A stretch of 64,000 bases of DNA from Chrysomallon squamiferum (GCA_012295275.1 CM022666.1:13082001-13146000); one strand, 5' to 3'. Shown: positions 1 through 15,482, counted from the stretch's first letter. Program-made: numbers and translations. Notes: generated by a model not told the origin, from the letters alone.

Positions 1-653
1 TATGTTTAGTCCTAGTTCCTTTGTTGACTTTGTAATTAAATCCTTTTAGTGTGTGTGTGTTAATAAAAAAGCGAATTTCTTATGGATCAGAATATACTAA
101 AGATTACAGAATAGCTGTTTCTGATGCATTGTTATTTAAAATTAAGTTCATTTTAAATTAATATAAACGGCTAGGGATTAATTTATGTGCGTTTTAGATT
201 TACTTTTACAAATAAACTATCATTTTGTTTATGCAGATTTAATTTGTAAAACAATTGTATTCACCATATAGCATTACGTACACAAATGAAAAAGGTTTAT
301 GTAATATATATGTACATATATTAGGTCTGTTTGCAACGACACACACACACACACATATATATATGTGCTTGTTTTATTTCCAGTTAAAAAAAAAGTTCAG
401 TAAAAAAATACTCGTTAAACATAGGTTTGTGTATACTGTAAATTGTGCAATTTCATTACCAATAGTGAAAGTAGGTTTTCCTTGCTTGGCTCATGTTATA
501 GTTAAGAAAAAGTATGAACGTTTCAAACTTGACAGCTGTTTCTATTGAAACACGCTAATAAAACACTAATACTGAAGTATTTAGTAAATCTGTTGAGAGG
601 TATCCTTTGATGTCCTTTACATTTCCTCAAATGGAACAACAAAATTAAATCTG

Positions 654-657
<4 letters not shown>

Positions 658-736
<79 letters not shown>
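658..736. repeat. (CT)n microsatellite
   Basis: Perfect dinucleotide run; one of many (CT/GA, CA/TG, TA, TTA, TAG) runs in the window. Confidence 0.98.
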
Positions 737-739
<3 letters not shown>

Positions 740-1139
740 ATTCTGAAATTCTGACAGTTGCAAATAAGAAATAATGGTAAGACAGATTTAGCAATTAATT
801 TCTAAGAACATGTAGAAATGTCGACAGTAACATAAAACGTCAATAACTTGAATACAAACTGCTAAATTAGCATAACTGTAATTTCATTTGAAAGGAAAAT
901 GAATGGTCTTTGCAAAATAGTAAAAATCAATTTCATGAAACGATGCAATATGACTTATTTCGGTGGGCAGGGTCACATTTTGCAAGCATTTTATTTTTAG
1001 CCAGTCTCGGATCCAGATTTAACTTGACGGTCGCTTTGTCGTGACGTCAGCATCTTCAACAGATTAAATTAACTCTGTACTGGAATGAAGGAAAGACGCA
1101 GTGAACAAAATAAACACGTGTATCTCAGTAGCAAGAGAT

Positions 1140-1285
1140 CTTTATAAGTTCCTCTCTCCCTTCAGATGAGGTATATCAATGCCTGGGATAATGGCAGAAC
1201 TACAAAACAACTCGATGTGTTCACTAGGGAGGATCGAACCTGATTCTAACCAATGCATCATTTTCGCGACTTAACCACTGACCAA
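1140..1285 (-). mobile_element. Degenerate tRNA-derived SINE head
   Basis: Minus strand reads TGGTCAGTGG (A-box-like)...GGTTCGATCC (B-box) with tRNA-like spacing. No complete cloverleaf. Confidence 0.5.
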
Positions 1286-2255
1286 ACAAGACAATTCAAA
1301 TTTCAGAATCGTGTTAACAAAACAGATACACTCCGCAAATAAACATCTGCTGAAACGTCAAAAAAGATTTCAAAAAATAATAAAACTTTAAAAAAAATGA
1401 AAAAAAAAAAAGAAGAAAAAGAAGAAGAAGAAAAGCTACGCTTATCACAAGAAAACCACTGGTATCGTGTCTACCACATTAACATGACGTCTGATTTAAC
1501 AAAAGCCCATGTAGACCTCTGTCAACGTAACAGAGATGTGTTAGGTGTGCAGAGTCTTTCAAGGCAGACATAATCACTGCTCGCAACACTGATTATTAAA
1601 TTTGTCACAGACTTTGAACACCAAAAAAGAAATGCAGAGCACAAACGCTTTGAAACAGCAAACCACGCCAAAACAGATTTGTGGTTTCATAAAATTTCCA
1701 CGTGTTCTGATTTCAATATACTATTAAATACCCTATCATATTCTTCTCTACTCCGTATTCCTACAGTTTGAGAATACATTTATATTATTATACATCTGTA
1801 GTATATTATTCTCTGTTTTGTAATGCTACAGTTTATGAGAATAAATCCATTGTCATTGTCGTTCATGTGATTATAAAATATCGCTAGTTTGCCGTTAATT
1901 GATAAAGATTAGTCACCCGGTTTTTTATTTCGATATCTGTACGCTGTTTAATAGTATATGTTACTCAATCTAAATAAATAAATATAAAGGAGTGGAGTGG
2001 ATTGTTAAATAAAAATTCGATGCATATATTTGACTGTTAACGTGGTTAGATGTCATTTATTTATTTATTTGGTTTTTTGTTACAACTGTATGAGAGAGAA
2101 TGAACTGCTGGGAATCTAGTTTTATATCAAAATATTTCTGTGTATGTATTTTTGCATTTTAATATCCTCTGTCTATGTACTTCTGTGTATGTGCGTATGT
2201 GTGTACTCTTTATCTCTTTCTCCAACTAACTGTCTTTCAAGTTTATCTCACATTA

Positions 2256-2294
<39 letters not shown>

Positions 2295-3139
2295 AACTCG
2301 CATACGCACACTCTCACATATACAGATACACTCACATATACATAGATACACAAACACATGCATAAACATACACGCACATTCTCACATATACATAGATACA
2401 CAATAACACAACATTCGCATGCACATACACATGCATAAACACACACCCACACTCTCACACACAAACAATATCACCCACTTTACATGCACGTGCACACACT
2501 CTCTGCTGTCTGTCCTACTGAGCTATTTTCTAACAATTATTATCGCTCTCTGTTTAAATATTTTAGAATATTATCATAAACAAAACAATGACAATTCAAA
2601 AGTTCACGAATCGACCCACTTATTTCACTAGACGTGGCCTATATAGATTTTATTCATCACGTTCAACTCGCTGTAATGACCCATGCGTTTAGTCAAACTC
2701 GAACTACAGTCCATCCAAAATTAAACTACATCTTTATTTTTAATCCTTCGTAGAAATAATTATTAACTCGGGAATCCGTGAAAACATCATATAACGGATG
2801 TGAAGAGAGTTATATAGAAATGGGGATTATTTTTATGTTTATTATGGACTGCAAAGGAAATCATAAAACTACGTTATTATTGTAGAGAAAAACAAACAGC
2901 CATACCAGCACGAAAATGCACCATTCGTACTCTGAAGGTCAGCATGACATTTTAAAACAAATAACTGATAATTATTTATTCATCTCAGTTAAAGATACAG
3001 TTTTTGTGGAGTTTATTTTAATTTTTGTTTTTGGCATTACTACTACTAGTACTACTACTATTAGTATTACTATTAATATTGCTACTAATGATATCTATTA
3101 TTTGGCTGCTAACTAACTTACGTCAAAAGGCAACTTTTC

Positions 3140-3560
<421 letters not shown>

Positions 3561-3814
3561 GAGCTGTAATTGATCCCGCAATCTTTCTCCCTCTGTTTTC
3601 AGCTGTCGAGTGTGTGATACAGATCCATATTTTTATTTATCTTCTTCTTCTTTTTCAAAAACCTGCAGCTGTTCGTGCCCGATTATCAGCCTTATAGATT
3701 TTCTCTGTTCTAGGAAAAGCCTCAATCTGCCAGTTTCAATTAGCTCCATCGACTCTAAGTGATGCTGACCCGTCCGTTCCGCCTGCGTCACTCAGTGTGT
3801 ACGAGCCTTCGCCG

Positions 3815-3857
<43 letters not shown>

Positions 3858-6080
3858 TCTCGTCGGAACATGACTTTTCAATGACCACTAGGATTGACGT
3901 TGCTGCCGAGGTCGTGTTGACGTCGTGGTAACAATCCTGCCCCGCCAACGTCTTTGTCAAACCCAGTATTTAATTTTGGATTGTTTATCGTCCATTGCTG
4001 GAAAACTTTATTGGATTTTCTTCTTCTTCTTTTTGTTGTTGTTAAGATGCTTGAGTCGCTGAAGGTGATTTGATCGATCTTAACGTTCTGCGAGAATCTT
4101 CTGGGATATTTCTGGCCTTGGTTGTTTATTAAGGTCTGGAGGGTGGGTGGATGTTGGAGGGTGGCTGGATGGTGGAGGGTGGGTGGATGTGGTAAATAAA
4201 ATGGGTGGGAGTGACACTATGATTTTAAAAAAAAGAAGAAGAAGAAAAAAGTGATTCTTTTATGGATCGTACTATATTAAAGAGACCTGTAGTTATTTCC
4301 AGTATCTTATCATATAAAGAGTCCTTCAATTCTAATACGTATAAAGAGCTTGGGAGGTTAATATATATGTACGTTTTCGATTTACTTTTAACACATTTTA
4401 TATTTAACGAGATACAAATTAATTTATGTACGTTTTAGATTTCCTTTTAACACATTTTATATTTAACGAGAAACAAATTAATTTCAGAGTTTATCTAATT
4501 TATCAAAACACAATGTAATATCTAAAAACGTTTTCGTCAACATTCTCGAAAACAAATTTGTTTGAGAAGTCACACGCACGCGCAAAGCGAGTGTTTCTCA
4601 TTCGGAATGCCAGCAGACGACACGGCAAGTTTGCGCGCGCTACCGAACGACGCCTGCGAATCAATCGAATTAATAAGCGCCAAGAAGCTGTCGATGTGAA
4701 AGCGAGAACAGACGACACTAATATAATCACCACCGCTTTGAACGAAACGAAATCAATTCCCGAATGTTCCCGACGACGGACAAACCCACGCGAAAAACTT
4801 TAATTCACACGACTGTGTATTCTGGAAGTAATCCGTGAAATCCGATTTGATACATCCTGGGGGGAAATATATGGCAAAGTTAAATGGTTCTAGAGACAAT
4901 GCTGATTGATCTCAGATTTAAACCAAAAATTTTTAAAAAAAAAATGAATATCTATTTTCCCAGTTTGAGCTAATGTAGTGTAAAACATTGACTTATTAAC
5001 GTTTAAAATGAAAAGTAATTATAGGTTTAATTTTGTCATGTGTGATTTGAGAAATCTGTAGAAATCTGTAAATAAATCTATCGATCAAGTTGTTTGTATG
5101 TATACACACATAAATGCATACAGATACTCAGACATACACACACAAATATACTTATTAATTAATTAATTCATTCATACATTTATACACACATACATTCATA
5201 AATAAATATATATATATACAGACAGACAAATATATATATATAATATATACATAGACATAGATACATACATATGCGAACATATTTCATTCATTTATGAAAA
5301 TATTTTACTTTTATTTATTTATTTATTTATTTTATGTATATATTTTAATAAAAATACGTGCTGAAGTCAAAAAAAATGAAGTCAAGAATGTCTAACACTT
5401 ATTTTTAGTATTTGAGTTTGACGATGTCCAGCAAACCCCTAAGCGCCGTTCATCGAAAATCGTCGACGTTTGACTAAAAGAACCAAACTGCGCATGTCCC
5501 CGCGGATTCTGATTGGCTAATCAAGTTTCTGTACAAGTCCCCTGAGTGACAATCCTGAAACACTCGCAGAAAGGTTTTTCTTGTTACGAGAAAAACAGAG
5601 ATCGATAATTGTTCTCCGTTTGTTTTGTTTGCATGATTGTTTTCATGTTTGTTTTCATGTTTGTTTATCTGTAGATATATTTTAACACACACGCACACGC
5701 ACACACGCATACACACACGCACACACGCACACACACACGCACACAGGGGAGTTTGGGCCAGGTTGTGACATGTTTTTTTTTTTTTTTCATTTTAACCTCT
5801 AATTTAATTACGGACTGGAAAACAAGTCCCTATGGTGGTTTAAAATAAACTTTCATTATTTGAGTGCTGTTCGGGGGCAGGTTGGGTGACCCGTGGGGGA
5901 AGCTTGGGGCATACGTAAGATAAATGCTCTCAACATGTGATTTATTTCAAAATAACTTAGAATCCTTCAGATAAACATTCAAATCAAAACCAACAACATA
6001 AAATCGTATAATGAAGACAAAATGAAAATATTTATTGTCAGTCGATAACTGGCACAAAAACTTGTTTATTTTTAACAGCA

Positions 6081-6126
<46 letters not shown>

Positions 6127-7196
6127 TCTGATGGACTATAAAAGAGTTTCATTATTACAAACATGCAAAACATTCACGAAAATAAATGTAAAACATAATG
6201 ACTTAATCAAGTATGGGTCAGCAATGAGGCAGTTTGAGTCAATGTATTATGTATACAAGATACACTCAAATAAGTACAAAACCAGAATTTAGAGGCATAA
6301 CCAGAACCACAACCAGTAACAGAACAAACGTTGGTGTTTTCCATCCCAATTTTCGTCCCACGTGGTTGTAAATTTCTTCTGATTTTGTTCAGCAAGCTGG
6401 AAGGCTAAGTTCCTCAGCGTCTTAGGATGATCCAACAGAAACCAACACGCGACTTTGTTCGTCTATGTTCAGTCAGTTTTTCTCCTCTGCCTCTGTGAAA
6501 AACTGTCCATGTCTTACAGCTTTGTGGGAAGAAGGATTTCAACTCTTGACCCACTTCCTTTTCTTAAAAGCACGTGTAAGCGTCTATTTCGGAACTGTGA
6601 AAGCACCGATTGTTTTTGGCAGCGATATATATATCTATATATCTATATGTATCTATATCTATATCTATATATAAGATTCAGTTGACCAATTTATTGCTAT
6701 CAGAAATCGAATTACTTAAACTGAACAAGAAAAGTAATCTTTAATAACACAAAATGTTAACGCTATGCCCTGGGGTAGAATGTGGTAGTGGCCCTACCTA
6801 CCCCAACCCGACCTGCCCCAGAATCTGTGCCTTCATTTTATTTTGAACTGTTCGTTGCTGACAGAAAATGTCAGCTCGTTCAAATCTAATCACATTTCTA
6901 AGTGATTTCAGAACTGCATGTCACAACGATTATCTTTGAAAGTAAATAAACTTTAGCTGTTGAATGTTACAAAAACAATACTTACAGTGCCAAATCAGAG
7001 GGTATCTTTTGGAAGCTTGAAAACTTAATCGTGTCAAGTAGTGCTATGACGTCAGCGGTGGATCTGGTTAATCAAAAACAGTAACTGGACTAAAAAACGG
7101 AAAGAAAATAATTTCTACATGGTTAATTGTTAGGTGGCCTACCCTACCCCATGGACTAATCTGACAAGGTCTCCCCCGCGACAGACAGACAGACAG

Positions 7197-7228
<32 letters not shown>

Positions 7229-7644
7229 CAAAAACACTAACGAAGATTTGTCAGAAGTATTTCATGACTATACTCGTCATAACGACCAAGGATTTTTTTT
7301 TTTTTTTTTTTTTAATTTATGCTTTGCATTCATTAAAAGAGTTATTCGCTTCAAAGTGTAAAATAAAAATATTTATCGTGTAACCAGCTTATCTTTCACT
7401 GAAAAGCAGAAACTGCTGTTGACATTCGGCTTGCACAAACCAGAGATAAAGCTATATGCAGGCTCATGTTCACTAAATGAATTAACTGGTTCTCTTTATA
7501 CCGCGTAAAACCAAAGACGAACGAGAAACTAAATAAACATCAAATCGTTATTAATCTGCTATGTCCGTCTTTTATTTATTACCATTATTTTTTAATTTTA
7601 TACATAAAATAATGTAATATAGCTATTAACTGAGATGCATTTGG

Positions 7645-7645
<1 letters not shown>

Positions 7646-7701
<56 letters not shown>

Positions 7702-7900
7702 CATCATCATCATCATCATCACTATTATTATTATTATTATTAGTAGTAGTAGTAGTAGTAGTAGTAGTAATAGTAGTAGTGGTAGTAGTAATAGTAGTAG
7801 CAGTAGTAGTAGTAGTGGTAGAACTATTATTATTTTCTTGTTTTATTGTTGTTGTAGGCACCATCACCACTTCTACTACTACTACTACTTCTACAATATT
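7646..7900. repeat. Compound trinucleotide microsatellite (TTA)n-(TCA)n-(TTA)n-(TAG)n
   Basis: Seen directly. Similar tracts at 12710-12915, 26200-26310, 56240-56525 and 63470-63755. Confidence 0.95.
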
Positions 7901-8519
7901 ATCATATTTATTATTACTATTCTCTATTCATACTATTTTACGAATCATATTTTCAGAAAAGGGCAGATATATATGATCAATGTACCCCCACCCCCCGCAA
8001 TATCCGCCTCTGAACTCACATAATATGTCCATCTCTTAAATTCCTCTCATACGAATAAATTCTAGCTAAGGATTAATATGACATTTTATTTCTAATACCA
8101 GTAACGTGATGAATACAACTATTGCTGACTCATCTGTTTTACAAATATGCACGCACACTGTTTATACTGTACAGCTTACTAATAGCTAAGAAAAAAAACC
8201 CAGTGACCCAGTTTTCACCAAACACGCGTTATCGTTAAATATGAGTTATTGTGACCTTTATAAACAATGTTTACTTATAAATAAACAAACAAACAAATAA
8301 ATAAATAAATAAATAAATAAATATCTACTGTACACACAGACACACACACTGAACCATGAATATATATTTATTTGCCAGCATCAGCATCAGCGGCAGTGCA
8401 CTAGGAGTAGTAGTAGTTGTAGTAGTAGTTAGTAGTAGTAGTAGTTGTTGTAGTAGTATAGTACTAGTAGTTGTAGTAGTAGTAGTATAGTTAGTAACAG
8501 TAGGATCAGCAATGATAAT

Positions 8520-8635
8520 ATAGCTGTAGTATTTGATTTGATTTGATCTGATGTGATCTGATTTAATTTACTCTCTCTCTCTCTCTCTCAAAACCTACAG
8601 TGGTAATATAGGTGTAGTATTTGATTTGAATTATT

Positions 8636-8724
<89 letters not shown>

Positions 8725-8770
8725 AAAAACCTACAGTGGTAATATAGCTGTAGTATTTGATTTGATTATT

Positions 8771-8854
<84 letters not shown>

Positions 8855-8892
8855 CAACAGTGGTAATATTTGTAGAGTTTGATTGAATTGAT

Positions 8893-8985
<93 letters not shown>

Positions 8986-9030
8986 CAACAGTGGTAATAT
9001 TGCTGTAGAGTTTGATGTGAATTGATTATT

Positions 9031-9115
<85 letters not shown>

Positions 9116-9125
9116 TCAAAACCTG
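8520..9125. repeat. Minisatellite: ~47-bp core plus variable (CT)n, ~5 units
   Basis: AAAACCTACAGTGGTAATATAGCTGTAGTATTTGATTTGATTATTTA(CT)n repeated. Confidence 0.93.
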
Positions 9126-9143
9126 TACTTCAATTAACCCAGG

Positions 9144-9174
<31 letters not shown>

Positions 9175-10546
9175 GAAATAAAGTATAACAAACAGAACGG
9201 GCGGCGGTGTTTAATGTGCAGTCGTTTAGTGTGAAATGTGACTTTTCCAAACAGAAATATTCGGTCATGGCAAAATCTATCAGCAGTCTATTCGTGTGAC
9301 ACAAGCCGAGGTCACGTCAACCTTTCTTAATTTGTCTGTCTTTGTACACCAGCCGCCTGCATTTCGTCTAATACTGCCGCAAAATCTCAGACTGGTTGTT
9401 TTCAGCACAGCTAATAATACATGACATCAGTTTAAAGAAAGAAAGAACGAAAGAAAAAAATCTCTGATCAGGTCATAACAGTGCAGGATCGGGTTCACGC
9501 GTTTTTGTTAGATGATTCTGAATCGAATATTTAACAAAGAAAATTTCTTAATAGAAGCCTGCATTATATCGTGTAAAATTGTAAGATTTATTATTATTAA
9601 ATTTTTTTTTATTTTTTTTTTTTTTTTTTTTTTAAAGAAGATTTTAAGATAAAGCTTGTTAAACGTGGATGCAACGAACAAAAGCAAACATTAAAATGAT
9701 ATAGATTTAACATAATCTTATTATCAGTAATATTATTATACGTATGAAATTTTGTTATTTAATAGTTTTGCTGAATCAGTTATCTGGTCTTCACTGCTTT
9801 CTGTTTCCTATTTCAGTCATGACTGGTTTATCATGTTTTTTTTTTTCTGTTTATGGGAAGTCCAAAATAAAAGATCCCTTGTTGCTAACTGGCGGCATAG
9901 ATGTTTCTAATTATTATTATTCATCACGACTGCATGCCAGCGCATAACGACGACAATGCGGCGTTAATAACATCCACAACCACACCCACACACACTGAAC
10001 CCGTAAACTAAAAAACAGTTTACTTTGAAACGTCTATTTTCATTGTTTTCGTTTCTATTTTTCCTCATTTCTGGAAGTTTCTTTTTCCCCCGCTCAGCAA
10101 TTTTTTTTTTATTTTTTTTTTTTTTAAATTTAAGAAGCCTGCCCTCCTCATGCAACACTCCAGTTCCTGCAGAATTGTTTCAAGTTCAGAAATAAACCAT
10201 GAACACTGTGTACTGACAAAATGTAGGTCATGTAGCACGCTCGGCTGACGAACGAACATAGCCGATGTCGCGACCTTGACACTGACCTCTATACGTAACA
10301 ACACGTGTTAATAGGATTACTCTTTACGAAGTCAGGTTTCATGGTCAAAGTAAAAAAAGAAATGAAAAGCTATTTTTACGACTCATTTCCGATTTATTTC
10401 GGTGACACAGAATATAGTGTTTCTTTTATAACGTGTTGTATGTGAAAATAAATAAACAAACAAATAAATAAATTAATTAATTAATTAATTAATAATAATA
10501 AATAAATAAATAAATAAATAAATAAATACGTCACTGCAAATTTTTA

Positions 10547-10590
<44 letters not shown>

Positions 10591-10682
10591 TAAACTAATC
10601 TACATGACTGTGTGTTGCTGATATAAAAATAAAAATATATTAACAGTTCATTGTTCAGCCATTATCTACCTGCCTATCTGTC

Positions 10683-10792
<110 letters not shown>

Positions 10793-11597
10793 GTTGTTGT
10801 TGTTGTTGTTGGTGGTGGTTGTGGTAGTGGTGGTGGTGGTTGTGTTGCCGATTCTGTTCAGTTAAGGGAATAGTTTTTTAAAACTAGTTACTAATAATAG
10901 TAGTAGTAGTTGTTGTTGCTGTCGTTATCCGTTAAAACCACGAACTGAAATAAAAAAAATATATATTAATTTAAAACATTTTTATGTGAATTATTATGTC
11001 TCGAACACGTGGCATTTCTGTATCATGAATAAAATTACTGAATATTTTTAACATTTAACATTTATCAGAATTTATATACATCATATATATTATACAGAAA
11101 GAGAGAGAGCCAGACAGACAGACAGACTGATAGATAGATAGATAGATAGATATTATATAAATACATGCATACGCACAGTTATGCATGTGTGTCAGTTGTG
11201 TGTGTGTATGTACATATATGTATATATATATATCTACACACACACACATACATATATACACAAATTAAAAGATAGACAGATGCACGCTGTAACAGCTTTC
11301 GCCATACCATGGATTACTCTTACAAATTAGCACAAGAAATTGTTCATATGCACCTTTCCACAAACAGGAAATACCAAACGCGATTCCTAATGAAACAAAT
11401 GTGGATAAAGGAGCAACTGTTTGGAATGCGAAAAAGATTAAAGTGCCTTACCAGCAGATTTGATTAGGCAAACCTCAGCTACTAATTTATCCCTGAACCG
11501 TAACCTCTCGTAACTGATGATAGAAAGAGTAACAGAAGTATTACTAGTTACTATTGTCAGGTTTAGTTTTGGTAACGAAGATAACACATACACACAT

Positions 11598-11636
<39 letters not shown>

Positions 11637-12465
11637 AATAATAATAATAATAATAATAAATAAATAAATAAACACTGATTGTATTAATAGGCATATTTGT
11701 TTTCACGTGGTTAAAAGAAATGAAATGTGACACCTTTTTTTATTTTTAAAAAATAAAAAAAAAACACAGAGTTATGCTTAAAAAGAGGTCTTGTTACTTC
11801 ATCACAAACTGACATGTGTTGTCAGTTATTTAATAAATACGTCAAAACAAACACTATTTATGAATAAGCCTTCATACTTTAAAGAAAAATAATAATAAAA
11901 AAAAATAATGAAAAAAATTTAAAAAAATAAAAACTGCCAAAAAAATGCATAATATACATTATTTCTAAAATAGGCTTTAATACTTTTTCACAAAAATACA
12001 TTTTGAATGATTTTTTGTGCAAAACGTTTACTAAATATTTATCAGTTTATGTATTTCTTCTTCTTTTTGTTGTTGTTATTGTTAGTAGTATTAGTATTAG
12101 TATTAGTATTAGTATACTAACGTTTCCTACAAACAAAGTATAAATGTCAATTTAAAGAAAGAAAGAAAGAAAATAAAAAGAAAGAAAATCAAAAATTTAA
12201 AGCTCTTTTCCGGTTCCACGGAATAAAAACGTCAAACAGTAGTATAACGTCATTTATCTGAAAAACGTTTTGCTTTTCGGCATAAAATTTGATTTTTAGC
12301 TTTTAAACGGGAGACAATTCCTGTAAGAAAAAGGAACAAGAAAAACTTTATATTTTAAACAGATAGTTCAGTTCGTTCAATGAATATAGAACGGAACACT
12401 TTAAACATCCTAAATTCTCAAATATTAATTTTTGGTTTCTACAGTCTTCTTCTGCCTTTATTATT

Positions 12466-12501
<36 letters not shown>

Positions 12502-12824
12502 TTTTTCTCTTTTTGTCGTGACATAATAATGAAAATCACGTGTAATTCACGTGTTAAATCGAACTGTTAGGAGTGCTTTGGTCATGCTTTACGTAGAGTA
12601 CATGTAGATATAGGCCTACATACGCCTAAATTAGGGGCCTAAAAGAAGATAAATCCGCGAGGTCCAGAAAAACTAGACCCACCCCTGTGTCGTGGTGGAG
12701 GCTGGAGACATAGTAGAAGCAGCAGTAGTAGTAGTGGTAGTAATAGTAATAGTAGAAGTAGTAGAAATATTAGGAACAGCAGTAGTAATAGTAATAGTAG
12801 TAGTAGTAATTATAGTAGTAGTAA

Positions 12825-12901
<77 letters not shown>

Positions 12902-13239
12902 CTAATAGTAAGTAATGAGAGACGTAGTTTTATGTGAAAACATATTTGACTGTCAGCAGTACATTAACAAACATCTGCTGTTATCTCCATCCTCCTCGTC
13001 ATCATCATCACCATCATCACCACTATCATTTACTTATTTATTATTTACTTTTGTTTTGTTTACATTTCGTCAAGGTTGTTCGCTAGGTAATAATCTGAAT
13101 GTGACAAACATTTCCCAAAGCGAGACTGGAATTTCATCACCCGTGGTCGAAAAACGACTGTCGCAGATGTCGTTTTCATATTATGTGTCACCGCAGCAGA
13201 CGTAGTTTCTCCTCAAATCAAAATTTCCCAATAACTGTC

Positions 13240-13845
13240 AGCCCACAACAATGAAATCTTTGTTCAACTAAAAAATACTTTTAAAATTTGTTTTCGTTAT
13301 TCCTTATTTATTATTACTAGTAAATACGAAGTTTAAAGTCTTCTTCAAATATAATGTTAATGGATTTAAGGTCACAGAAATGAAATCTTTGTTCAACGTC
13401 CGAATATGTTTATAAATTGTTGTTATTATTTACTATTTTTAGTAATAATAATTCCGAACTTTACACGATTTAAAATATTTAAATATCTTTACAGCTATGA
13501 GGAATCAAAAGTCTTTTATAATTAACGTCAATCAGAATGTGACAACAGATTTAAAGCCACAGGAATGAAGTCTTTCTCAACATCCAAATATATTAAAAAA
13601 TTGTTTCTGTTATTCTTTATTTATTAGCAGTGTTAAATCCATAATAAATATCTTTATCTTTATTATTATTTATTACTTTTAGCACTAATCAGAACAGGAC
13701 AATCGAATTAAGGCCACATAAATAAAATCTTTGTTCAAAATCCAAATAGATTTTAAAATTGTTTTATTAATCATTCTTTATTACTTTTAACACCAATCAG
13801 AATAGGTCAACAGGAGAATAAAATCTTTGTTCTAATCCAAATTTC
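13240..13845. repeat. Degenerate tandem repeat, ~5 units of 100-185 bp
   Basis: Recurring CACA..AATGAAATCTTTGTTCAAC..C.AAAT...TTTAAAATTGTT at ~13245, 13373, 13558, 13715 and 13815. Confidence 0.8.
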
Positions 13846-13951
13846 ACACATATGTTAGTATAACGTTTAAACTGCTGTTTTTCTTCACTGAAATAACTTA
13901 TTTGATTTAAAATAGCTATTTATTTTTATAGTTCTTAAAATTTTCGGTATG

Positions 13952-13998
<47 letters not shown>

Positions 13999-14768
13999 CA
14001 TTAGATACACGAGTGCATTTGATGAAAAACCAGAAAATTTACTTTTCAAGCATCAATAATTAATCGTAATTGATCACGTACAGAAAGAAGTATGACAAAA
14101 GCACTGAACAGTTTCGACTCAGAACAACAACAACAGCAACAACAACCACAACAGTTAAACAATAAAATGATATCTTATCTGCTTCCATTTATCTGAAACG
14201 TAAGCTGTGCATTTATTTGCCGTCTGCGTAAAGATCAATTATCATAATTTATGAATTACGCAGTCGCTCATCTACACAGAAGACACAGCTGATGTGAATG
14301 CGTGGTGGCTGACGTGCCCAGAATCAGACCACTTTACAGAAATGTGTGTGCAGCATCTGTTGCCTTATTTTCACAAAGTGTCGCGTGCAGAAGGTTGCTG
14401 GTGTTTGTTTGACAGCGGATTAAAAAACCTGTGAGAAATGATATTTTCTAGACGACATTTTGCATTATTCTGTGCTTTACTTCTCGTCATTCATCTTTTT
14501 GTAAAATGGTTAGATACGTACTAATACTGAGGTTAAAAGAAGTGTTTTATTTTTATTAATTTATTTATTATTTTATTTATTTATTTTTATTTATTTTTTT
14601 ATTGTATTTTCTTAATTATTATTATTGTTGTTTTTGTTGTTGTTTTTTTTTTTTTTTTTTGTGCTCTGTGTAGAAATAAATAACTATGATCCCGATAAAT
14701 GATAAAATGTGTGTGTGTGTGTGTGTTTGTTTGTATGAGTGTGTGTGCGTGTGTGTGTGTTTGTTTAT

Positions 14769-14803
<35 letters not shown>

Positions 14804-15316
14804 TTTGTATGAGTGTGTGTGTGTATGTGTATGATCTGTTATTGTTTAAATTTCTTTTCCGCGTTTCATACCTACCTTAGTCCTCTGTGACATCATAATG
14901 ATTGTCGTCATAAATGCTTTTAAATAATTTGTTGGTTGGTTAAACAGCGATATTTCAGCGTTTAAGATAATATTTATTTTATTACTTTCGTGTTTACCTG
15001 AATAAACACATGAACACATATGCGAACACACGCACTCTCTCACAAAAGCATACATACACAAAACAAACACCCACATAAATATATACATATAAACACACAA
15101 AACATTGGCAGCACATTTGTCGATATATATGTGTCATGCATATACAGATACTGTTGTTAATGTTTTATTATTATTTATATATATATATATATGTATGTAT
15201 TTTTCCACTATAACATCGAGGAACATTATATATTCACATATTTTAATATGTGTGCAGGAGAGTGTAGTATTGTCTATGTCTATATATATATGTGTGTGTG
15301 TGTTGTGTACATATGC

Positions 15317-15356
<40 letters not shown>

Positions 15357-15421
15357 TTGTATATATATTATTATTTATTTTGTTTTGGTCAGAACGGACA
15401 GATGGATTATATATATGAGAG

Positions 15422-15482
<61 letters not shown>

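Noticed and set aside
1225-1290. Functional tRNA gene
   Set aside because: A and B boxes are present, but I could not form the acceptor and anticodon stems; treated as a SINE head.
4048-4065. Short first coding exon ATGCTTGAGTCGCTGAAG|gtgatt (MLESLK)
   Set aside because: Weak donor, and no downstream coding exon could be linked to it.
4503-4803. Overlapping Arg-rich ORFs on both strands
   Set aside because: Expected by-product of a CpG-rich patch; no recognisable family.
7598-7976. Poly-L/V/T/N ORFs resembling membrane or mucin-like proteins (also 12692, 25586, 26106, 51550-52244)
   Set aside because: Stop-free trinucleotide repeats with no domain motifs.
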